A stretch of DNA of 64,000 nt from Cyanophora paradoxa CCMP329 (Eukaryota > Plantae > Glaucophyta): contig QPMI01000452.1 in assembly GCA_004431415.1 (NCBI GenBank), forward strand, positions 310,001 to 374,000. The letters are read 5' to 3'. Position numbers and translations under genes: made by a program. Position 1 is the first letter of the stretch, and each line of letters begins with the position of its first letter. This document shows, in pieces, positions 36,238 through 44,848 of this stretch. Below the pieces are notes generated by a model. It did no database searches. It saw only the letters and a list, made by a program, of their open reading frames with translations, and was not told the DNA's origin.

Positions 36238-36942
36238 ATGGACATCAAATTGTTTGATCCTACAGAAATAAAATTGCCTAAGCGCTTCCTGTTTGTCGGT
36301 CCAACAAACTCGGGCAAGAGCACCTACGTAAAACACGTGCTAAATGCAGTAGCTCCACAGTTAGACGACGTCTTCGTTTTTAGTACCACCGCATTTACAG
36401 AGCAGTGGAACGACACGACTCGCTCAAGCAATATCCAGGAAGAATGGGATCCAGTTTTGGTTGAGAGCCTTCTAGAGCGTCAAAAAGAAAGGCGACGCAA
36501 GAAAGATGAGCGCAAGATCGCAATCGTGCTCGACGACCTTTTAGACAATGACCTTGTGAACGTCCACAGCGACCGATTAATGCAAAAGCTTTTTACTAGT
36601 GGGCGTCATTATAACATCAGCCTTTTCATAACCACTCAACGTCTTTGTGGAATCAGCCCTACAATTCGAAGGAATTGTGAGTACGTCTGTTTCTCGTCAA
36701 TTCTCTCAAACGTTAAAGAGTTCAACTGTGTTTTCGACGAATACAACGCCGGAGCGATTCGAGCAGATCTAATGCGTCTTTTCGTTGAATTGAATCATTC
36801 GTATCAGGTTTTGATATATGAAGCTGCGACCGCGGACCGCGTTTATTCTGTTGACAAATCGTCTGGAGTGACTTCGGCTCTATCAAAGTTTTTACACGTA
36901 AGAAAGCAGCGCGATCAAAAGCCGGTAGCCAAGCCTGTCTAA
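36238..36942 (+). CDS. A32-like genome packaging ATPase
   Basis: Walker A GPTNSGKS, Walker B IVLDD, and GRHYNIS..TTQ..ISPTIRRN. Confidence 0.95.
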   Translation: MDIKLFDPTEIKLPKRFLFVGPTNSGKSTYVKHVLNAVAPQLDDVFVFSTTAFTEQWNDTTRSSNIQEEWDPVLVESLLERQKERRRKKDERKIAIVLDDLLDNDLVNVHSDRLMQKLFTSGRHYNISLFITTQRLCGISPTIRRNCEYVCFSSILSNVKEFNCVFDEYNAGAIRADLMRLFVELNHSYQVLIYEAATADRVYSVDKSSGVTSALSKFLHVRKQRDQKPVAKPV

Positions 36943-37105
36943 GCAACCAAGCAGTATAATCTGGTTTTGCTGATGCAATCCACAGGAACGATGTGCCCTT
37001 GTAAATGCCGAACGAAATCAGATGATCAGGCGATTCGTGAGTTCTTCCAGGCCAGCAGTCTTCGAGATTAAACTCTTCCTCTACCGTTTCGAATTCGAGT
37101 TCCAT
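36722..37105 (-). CDS. Small protein with a DUF3820-like FGxYKG..PDYxxWL motif
   Basis: ISFGIYKGTSFLWIASAKPDYTAWLL; the 3' part overlaps the ATPase antisense. Confidence 0.5.
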   Translation of the reverse strand: MELEFETVEEEFNLEDCWPGRTHESPDHLISFGIYKGTSFLWIASAKPDYTAWLLRQAWLPAFDRAAFLRVKTLIEPKSLQTICQQNKRGPRSQLHISKPDTNDSIQRKDALDLLESLRRCIRRKHS

Positions 37106-37222
37106 TAAAAAAATAGTCGGCTTTCGTTACATCTACAGATCGCATTATCGTTTAGTCAAAAAGTCGCGCTAATTTGTCTTAAAAGGATTTATGTCTCTTA
37201 TTATTGAGAGACAAACCGAACA

Positions 37223-37567
37223 ATGACTTCTGCAATTACTGCGGATTGCGTTGCGGTTAAACGTGGCCGTGGGCGACCTCCTAAGGTTCGTCTTTTAACA
37301 ATGGAGCCTTATCAGCCGAAGAAGAAGGGTCCTAAACCGATCGAGGTCACCCCGGAGATTTTAGCAGAGCGACGCAGGAAGAATGCTGAACGCAATCGCA
37401 AACTGCGCCACACGAACGAAACATACCGTTTGAAACAGCTTGCCATCACAGCGAAGTATCGAGCTGAGAATCCTGATAGGATCCGTGAGTACCACAGGAA
37501 TGCTATTGCGCGTAGATGCCTCGCGAAGAGCGGAGCTTCTGTAGAGCTCGAGGTGATGCAGCTTTAG
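37223..37567 (+). CDS. AT-hook basic DNA-binding protein
   Basis: KRGRGRPPK and KYRAENPDRIREY; similar in style to 54974 and 55371. Confidence 0.7.
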   Translation: MTSAITADCVAVKRGRGRPPKVRLLTMEPYQPKKKGPKPIEVTPEILAERRRKNAERNRKLRHTNETYRLKQLAITAKYRAENPDRIREYHRNAIARRCLAKSGASVELEVMQL

Positions 37568-38690
37568 CACCTGCTCGTAGCTTTGGCTCCCCTGCAATCT
37601 CAAGCTTCTTGAGCTCTCGATACTGCCGGCTTTGACCGCTGTATTTTTTCGTTTCGATCAAACCCTCACGTCTCAATCGTCTCTGCTGTCGCATTTGCAC
37701 TTCTTCTTTTTCGATTCGTGTTTGAGGTGCAAGTCGCAGGCCAGGAGCCGCTTGCGCTCCGCGCTCACGCGGTTGACGTATTTCCGATGGTTTAACACGT
37801 CTAGAAATTTCCACACCCTGTTTCGTAACGAGTCGAACACGGTTCTTATCAGCGCCAGCAACTATGTACGTCTCCTTGCTTGGCTTTGTGGTTCCCTTCG
37901 CAAAAACGCTTGGCTTTGGCTCCAGGACTTGCACTTCGGTCCCTGTGCGCGGTATGTTCGAATTGTCTCGTTCAATATCGTTCTGTCGCTGTCTAACTTG
38001 ATGCAGCTGCTCGGCTACCTGTGTATTTTCCCGCATCCACTTTGGTGAGTGCTCCCCGCCGAAAGAGCTGTGGGCTGTTTCATTGTACGCCCTGACAATT
38101 GCCGGCAAACGTGAGAGGAAATGCGGGGAGCCACGTGCTTCTGTATCAGCCTGAATCAGTGCTCGCAATGTCCTCGCGAACCTGTCGATAATTCCCAGCT
38201 TGGAGCCTTTTGAAATGTGATCATCCTTAGCCACATCAGTGTGCATTTTCAACGAGTTCTCTTCAGCCATTTCCCGAATTGCCGCTGTGTTGAAGCCGTT
38301 GTCTCCTGAAAAGCCCCATATTCCAGGTAGCTGCTCGATCATTTTTGGAAGCTGCTTAAAAGTCTCGAGCTTACGGACCACAGCGAAACGGGTTGCAATC
38401 TCGACCGCTGCGAACAGGCGAAATCTCCCAATGAACAGCACGTCAATTTGCCACGCACCCGGTGGCGCAGTAATCTGGTACATCTTTGTAAATCAGGCGC
38501 GATTTTTATAATGTCCAATCGCTCGGGTGTTGATCCCGTCAGTCTCGAGGAAGCGTTTGGTATCAAGGGGATGGAGAGCCTGGCGCGAGGTTCGTTGTAA
38601 ATAAATCTCATGGCGTTTCGAGCGGAAACCGAGAATTCCTTTGATGTCATACGATTGCTTTTCTCCCTCTTTAGGACAGACGCACCGAAG
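37503..38690 (-). CDS. Retroviral-type (rve) integrase, with an in-frame TGA at 38493-38495 and a possibly truncated 5' end
   Basis: WQID..SGDNG..GIIDRFARTL..YNETAHSS. The upstream same-frame ORF (YDIKG..) resembles the N-terminus of the 62408 integrase (FYDVRTG). Confidence 0.85.
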
Positions 38691-38693
38691 GAA

Positions 38694-38766
38694 ACACATA
38701 TGAATATTCATATTTTAATCCCTCGGCGTTCCGCCTCAGGATTAAAATATGAATATTCATATGTGT
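38694..38766. repeat. Perfect 28-bp inverted repeat with a 17-nt loop
   Basis: ACACATATGAATATTCATATTTTAATCC (38694-38721) and GGATTAAAATATGAATATTCATATGTGT (38739-38766). Confidence 0.97.
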
Positions 38767-39259
38767 GATTCGATGTTATATCAATAAAATCGATTAATTT
38801 ATTTGAATTTTCACATGAATTTTCATATTTGTAAATGCATTTTCAATTAATTTAATCGATGTTATATCGATAAACTCGATTAATCGATATTGTATCTTAA
38901 TTGTAGTTAATCGGAATTATATCAATAACTTCGATTGATCTTAATTGAATCCTAAATGAATCTAATCGGAATTATATCAATAAATTCGATTAAATCATGT
39001 TCTTTTCCGATTAATAGCGGTGTGGTTATCATACACGCTTTCCGATGCATGCCTTCCGTGTTCGAATCGCCCTGCGATGAGAATCACGCCTTCAAATCCC
39101 GCCCGTTCCACATAATTCCGATCGATCATGCCCCACCTTGCCTGTATACGCCCCCACAGTGCTGGAGTAGACTAGAGGCTGTGGCCGGTAATTCACCAAA
39201 AAAAAAAAAAAAAAAAAAATTTCCGATTAAATCAAATAAATATTTAACTTTGTTATCAT

Positions 39260-39700
39260 AAGTGGTCTAAGTTGACTCACTTTTCATAAACATTTTGAAC
39301 TCTTAGTCTCTTTGAATTTCTTAAGATGACTCAACTTAGTCAACTTAGTCCACTTTGTTACCATAATCAATCAGGGTGGACTCACTTTTAGATCAACTTT
39401 GAAATTTCAAGCAAAATCAACTTGGATTTCAAAAGTGGATCTTCTAAGTGGACTCAAAATGTTCACTTTGTGATACATGTTAGCTCAAATCCTTACTGTT
39501 TATGGTCAGGGTTGACTAAGTGGGGGGAGTTGACACATTTTTTCAAATCCTTTTTAGAAAACTTTAGGTCCCAAATATTTCCTGTGAAATTTGAGTCAAC
39601 TCAACCCACTTAGTCAACCCTTGCATTGAATTCGTAACAAAATCCATATACTTTTACTACTTTTACGATTAATATGAGTCAACCTTGAGTCCACTTAAAT
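39260..39700. repeat. Iteron-like (T/G)GACT(C/A)A cluster with inverted arms at 39510-39524 and 39605-39619
   Basis: GGTTGACTAAGTGGG ... CCCACTTAGTCAACC, with many GACTCA/TGAGTC words around it. Confidence 0.85.
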
Positions 39701-39973
39701 ATAAATATAATATAATAGGGGGAATGAAGGGGAGATGCTGAGTTTTATTGTAAGGAAATCGAATTGTATTCGAAATACTTGACATTGCTTAATGTAGGGT
39801 GCATTCATATTTCGGCTACATCATACAGTAGAATTCTATTGTAACAAAAGCTACTGTATAAAGAAAATCATTGTAGAAAGCTATTGTAGGTAAATGATAT
39901 ATTATATCCTTTTGTAACGATTGCTATTGTAATAAAAAAGGTAAATCACCCTGATCATCATTATAGAAACTCA

Positions 39974-40372
39974 TCAAAACGGGAATCTATCATGTTTATG
40001 TCTCTCAGTCTTCTCAAATGTGAGGAAATTCATTGTTTTATCGATCTCATCTGCAACTGATTGTGTTTTATGCTGAGCTTCTTTACCACAACTGAATATA
40101 TCAATTGCTAACATGCCTTCATTGGAATAACAATGAGCTGTACAATGGCTTTCATCTAATAGCAGAACCAATGCAAAACCAGGAGGTGATAGTTTCCCAT
40201 CAAATATCTCACAGTGTTTATGAACAATCCTAATACCTTGTCTCAATATTGCTTGTTCAAGGGTTCTCATAATCCAATTACCAAGAAAGCTAACATGCTC
40301 ATAACCTGTTGCTATAGCTGTTTTAGCCTTGTAATCAAGCATTACATGAAAGCCTCTGTATTTAGTCTCCAT
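39974..40372 (-). CDS. speD: S-adenosylmethionine decarboxylase proenzyme (small prokaryote-type)
   Basis: GFHVMLD..PPGFALVLLLDESHCTAHCY..GMLAIDIFSCG, containing the ESH autocleavage motif. Confidence 0.92.
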   Translation of the reverse strand: METKYRGFHVMLDYKAKTAIATGYEHVSFLGNWIMRTLEQAILRQGIRIVHKHCEIFDGKLSPPGFALVLLLDESHCTAHCYSNEGMLAIDIFSCGKEAQHKTQSVADEIDKTMNFLTFEKTERHKHDRFPF

Positions 40373-40401
40373 TAAGAATACCTTAGAAAAATTAATTAAT
40401 C

Positions 40402-40674
40402 CTAATCGAACCTAATGCAAATATCCCTGTACTCTACTTTGATTGATGAAGTAGCCCTTTTCCTGTAAGCCTGAGAATGCTTTTTGTTGCATTCCCTACA
40501 ACCTGATCCCTTCACATGATTAAAGGGATATGTAAGGATCACCTTGTTACACTGCAAACATCTCACAGATACTTTCTCTTGAGCTTTGATGTAATGTGTC
40601 TCACTGTAATCGAATTTATCTTTACCATGAACTGTCATAGCAGCATCAATAAACTTTTTTGTTTTACTATCCAT
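40402..40674 (-). CDS. DUF723/CapR-like zinc-ribbon protein
   Basis: FIDAAMTVHGKDKFDYSETHY..KVSVRCLQC..NHVKGSGCREC. Confidence 0.75.
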   Translation of the reverse strand: MDSKTKKFIDAAMTVHGKDKFDYSETHYIKAQEKVSVRCLQCNKVILTYPFNHVKGSGCRECNKKHSQAYRKRATSSIKVEYRDICIRFD

Positions 40675-40696
40675 ACTCTATATATAACCAATATTC

Positions 40697-41527
40697 TTAT
40701 GGAGCAGTATCCTGCCCAAAAATGGGGAAATATCGATTTGTCCCATAGTATTCAGCATAGGTATTCTGCTTTGCAATAAAATCGGTTCTCTCAGCATATA
40801 ATACACACTTGTAGATACCAAACTTGGTGGCTCTAACCAGAAACTGATAATCTTCCAAACCAAAATTGACTCCATGATAAGCAATTCCGAAATTATCATA
40901 TGGGGTGATCACAACAGCAAAATTAGGAGTTCCACCCTCTACTTGACAAAGAGCATAAACATCTGGTGGGATATCCACAACTACCTTGTAGTGGTCACCA
41001 ATTTCAACAAGAGAGTCTACTACTGCTGTTTGTTCATTTACAACAATGGGGAATATTTTTATTATATAGGGGCATTCATGCTGGGACATAGGTTCGAATT
41101 CTTGTGTTGGGATCAATGGATTGGGTTGATCATTCACAAATAAAGGCGCTCCAACAGCCCCACCAACCCTAAGACCATCCCCAATATATGCTCCCCCCGA
41201 TTTGCAGTTAATAGCTCCCGACCTAGATTCAAAAGAATAAGTAGACAGAGGATCTCCATAGCTATCTGGGTCTCCATAATGAGCAGAAAAGTTTGCATTT
41301 GTGACAAGTAGCTTAGTTGTCTTAACTATTCCATTATTTTTATCACATCTGAGTTCCTGTAATCTCAGTTTGTGGGTGGAACCAAAGGTGTTCATTGTAG
41401 GTTGGACCTCTGTGGATTGGAGACCCTCTACATCATCAAAGGTAGCATGCTGTAAAACATGGTTTGCTGGGGCAGCTAATGATAGTTGAGGTGTAATAAT
41501 TCGTTCAAGTGGGGGTTGCTCAGCCAT
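40697..41527 (-). CDS. Fibre/spike paralogue 1
   Basis: Shared N-terminal domain ELRCDKNNGIVKTT..SGGAYIGDG, followed by a unique C-terminus. Confidence 0.7.
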   Translation of the reverse strand: MAEQPPLERIITPQLSLAAPANHVLQHATFDDVEGLQSTEVQPTMNTFGSTHKLRLQELRCDKNNGIVKTTKLLVTNANFSAHYGDPDSYGDPLSTYSFESRSGAINCKSGGAYIGDGLRVGGAVGAPLFVNDQPNPLIPTQEFEPMSQHECPYIIKIFPIVVNEQTAVVDSLVEIGDHYKVVVDIPPDVYALCQVEGGTPNFAVVITPYDNFGIAYHGVNFGLEDYQFLVRATKFGIYKCVLYAERTDFIAKQNTYAEYYGTNRYFPIFGQDTAP

Positions 41528-41550
41528 TTTACATTAAAGGGATATATCTT

Positions 41551-42395
41551 TTATGGGGTTGGGTCATCAATTACATCTGGCTCCATGTAAAACCCTGTAA
41601 CTGAAAGAGTATCAGGAGTTACACCTCTAAGAGCTGATACAGCGGCTATATCTGTTCTCAAACCGATAAGAGTTATAGTATATAACCCAATATCAGTAAC
41701 AAACAAGTCAAAGGTGAAATTATTATTATAAACACAGTAGCCATAACCGAAATGATTATATCCCTGAACATTGAAATAGTATCTATGACCTACTTGATTG
41801 TTGTTGGCTCTACAAAGGGAAAGCATTGCAGATGGAATCGCAAGACCTCTCAGTACTCTTTTGGTTCCTTCAATTAATTCCGAGTTTTCAAGAGTAACAG
41901 TATATCCAATGTAAAATTGAATTAATGGCTGCTGTGCAACAGGAGTATATAATCGAATTCGTTGGGGTCTTCTACATTTTGCTCTAGAGTATCTGGGACA
42001 TCATTATACGAAATTGAGGATGAAAGCTGACCTGAAATTCGACAGCCACCCCCAATAAATGCTCCTCCTGATCTCACAGTAACAGCAGCAGAATTCTTAT
42101 CGAAATCAAGGGCTTTCAGATCAACACTGTAAGCATCAGGACCTCCATTGGTAGGCTGGAAAAAGTTAGCATTTGTGACAAGAAGTCGAGTTGTTTTAAC
42201 CACACCAGAATTCTTATCAGCTCTCAGCTCTTTAACTCGAATAATCGAATTTTTATCAAAGGAGTTGCCATTGGAATTGGGTCTCTCTGTGGATTCTAAA
42301 CCACGAACCTCATCATTTACTTCATGCTGGCGAAAATGCATTGCAGGGGATCCAAGGGAATATATAGGCAGTTGAACTCGATTATATTCACCCAT
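41551..42395 (-). CDS. Fibre/spike paralogue 2 (frameshifted near 41930)
   Basis: ELRADKNSGVVKTT..SGGAFIGGG; continues into ORF 41551..41826. Confidence 0.65.
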
Positions 42396-42430
42396 TGCTT
42401 CTTTTACTAAGAAGGAAAGAAAAATAATGT

Positions 42431-42697
42431 TCATTGTTCTTCTGTGACATAATTATATTCGATACCTTTCTTTACAGTTCCCCTTTGGAATGCCTGTAAA
42501 ACGATGGCTTCCTTTGAGGTTGGTATTTGAATTCCTGATGCAATGCAAGACTGGATCTCTTTCTGAACAATATCATCAATTGCAATTCTTGCCCTGTTAT
42601 GAACCACATTATCAATCCAATCCTGAACAGAAGCTGCACAGAATTCCATTCCCAGCTTCTCAGTATCTGAGAGAACTACTTGGTAGATATTCGACAT
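42431..42697 (-). CDS. Small phage-like protein following the C1q fibre (possible assembly chaperone)
   Basis: LSDTEKLGMEFCAASVQDWIDNVVHNRARIAIDDI..IVLQAF, reminiscent of small proteins downstream of fibres in aquatic tailed phages. Confidence 0.6.
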   Translation of the reverse strand: MSNIYQVVLSDTEKLGMEFCAASVQDWIDNVVHNRARIAIDDIVQKEIQSCIASGIQIPTSKEAIVLQAFQRGTVKKGIEYNYVTEEQ

Positions 42698-42719
42698 TCC
42701 TACTTTATAAAGAGAAAAT

Positions 42720-43737
42720 TTATGTGACACTCAAAAGTTCACCTGTGAATGTTGTTCGATTTGTGTAGCTACCCCCATTATTTGTTACAAGTGTTATATA
42801 CTCACCCATAGCAATGTTAAGAATTACACTAATGTAAAGCGGTTTATTCGTAAGAGTTGAGTCATTTTGTGTTATGATACTTTGACCCCCTGGGTCTTGG
42901 TCATTTACTTTTAAAGAGAGACTTATTGGACTACTTGAAGTTGAATGGGTATATGCTGTAAATCTGTAATGACCTGCAACAGGAGCAGTGAACCTTCCAT
43001 TACTGACATTGAATGCCCCCTATTATTCACAAACACTACTCCCAATTGATAAGAGCAGTTTCACTGGTAGCAACATGAGGATAATTAAGTTGAACAGAAA
43101 ATCGAGGCTGATAGTCATATTTTAAATAACAATTTGTGTTGATTGTCAAGCGATTGGCTTCCAGAGTAGCCATAATATCACTGTTGCGTTTCAAAACAAG
43201 ATTCACATTTGCTCCTGTATCGATTTCAGGTGTGACCACCTTGGAAGTTGCTGTTATTATCGATTGTGTTGTTTCTGGAATACTTATGCCTCCATTGGCT
43301 GTTACTGAACCTGTAAATGTGCTTGTTCCTGTAATGTTTACTTGATTGGCTGTTAGAGTTCCATCAATCCTTGCCCCATCTCCAATATATGCCCCTCCAC
43401 TTCTAACTGAAAGAGCAGCATTATTAATTGTATTATCAAAAGTAACTATTTGGGTGTGGTGAACCCTCCACATTGTCATAAATTGCTGTATCTGAAACAA
43501 TTTGACCTGATTGGACTTGGTTCTTGTTAGATACAATGAGTCCTGTGGTTCTTATTTTTCCCCCATTGCGATCACATCGAATTTCTTTGCATCTAATCAC
43601 AGAATTTTGTGAAAACGAATCAGCCCCTGTTGTTTCTGTGCAAATAAACCCAGGTGTTGCATCTGTTACTGTATGGTTCAGTTGATGTATTTTTGGGCGG
43701 CATAACAGAAAACAGGAACTGCTATTTGTGTGGACAT
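42720..43737 (-). CDS. Fibre paralogue 3 with a C1q-like head (several frameshifts)
   Basis: EIRCDRNGGKIRTT..SGGAYIGDG..PRFSV..GRFTAPVAGHYRFTA..TFTGELL. Confidence 0.7.
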
Positions 43738-43759
43738 TCTTTATATTATACAGATAATA

Positions 43760-44829
43760 TTATGTAGCAGTAACAAGATAACAAGAAAAATAGTATCTGA
43801 TATCAAATTGAAGACTGGCTCCAGAAGAATTGCGTATATCAAAGGAGTCACCTTCAATAACAGAAAGTAAAATTTCATATGAAATTGGAGTTACAAATGT
43901 ATTAGAAATCCCTGCGGACGGCATTGAAACCCTTGTTTGGATGGTTGTAGGATTTCCATTTAAATAAATGCTGGTAGCAATATGAGTATAAGAGGTTGTG
44001 CCAGCTCTCATACATGCAAAGAACACCCTATATACTCCGGAAACAGGAGCTGTAAATTTTGTGGATGAAAAGTTTCCTTCATTGTTTACAAGATAAGCTC
44101 CATTTATAAAGTTAAAGGGTGTTCCAGCTGTAAGTATTATGGACCCTGTCAAACCAGGAGCTTGTCTTGATATATTCATTCTTGGACAATAGGATCGTTT
44201 CAGACCACTATTTTCCGGGATTGTGATTGCTTTCAGATCTGTTATTGTCTTTTCGAGAGTGAAAATGGTATTTCCGTTTCGTTTATAATTCACATTTGCA
44301 TCTGTCCCATTATCCATCTCAGGTGCATTAACTCTTGTTGTAGCTTTTCGAGTTTCAACGCTAACATTTCCAAGAGTCCACCATTGAAGGTCATCAATCC
44401 TGTAAATGAACTTGTCCCATTCACATTTAATTGATTCGCTGTTACAGTCCCTGCAACATTTGCCCCATCTCCAATGTATGCTCCTCCACTCTTGACAACA
44501 AGAGCCGAATTATTTATTGTGTTATCGAAAGTTACTATCTTTGCTGTGGTGAATCCACCCACATTATCATACACTGCTGAATCTGGGACTACTTGACCTG
44601 CTTGAACTTGATTTTTATTCGAGATAATAATTCCTGTGGTTCTTATCTTGCCTCCATTTCGATCACATCGAATTTCTTTGACTCTGAGTATATTATTCTC
44701 TGTGAAAGAGGTATTACTTGAAGTTTCAGTGCAAATATACCCAGGTGTTGAATCAACTACTCCATGAGAGGTGCTATGAAGTGATTTGGCTGCAAGTTCA
44801 TAGTTTGGGATTTCTAATAGAGAGGTCAT
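43760..44829 (-). CDS. Fibre paralogue 4 with a C1q-like head (frameshift near 44370)
   Basis: EIRCDRNGGKIRTT..SGGAYIGDG..NEGNFSSTKFTAPVSGVYRVFF..FSCYLV. Confidence 0.75.
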
Positions 44830-44848
44830 CTTTATAATTACGAAATAG

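Larger units (their letters stand above)
33100..38693. mobile_element. Small endogenous Polinton-like virus element (penton, MCP, ATPase, rve integrase); left border approximate
   Basis: Abrupt GC drop, compact intronless ORFs and hallmark virion genes. Confidence 0.85.

Noticed and set aside
39015-39075. Functional tRNA gene
   Set aside because: A/B-box-like motifs are present, but the acceptor and anticodon stems do not pair properly.
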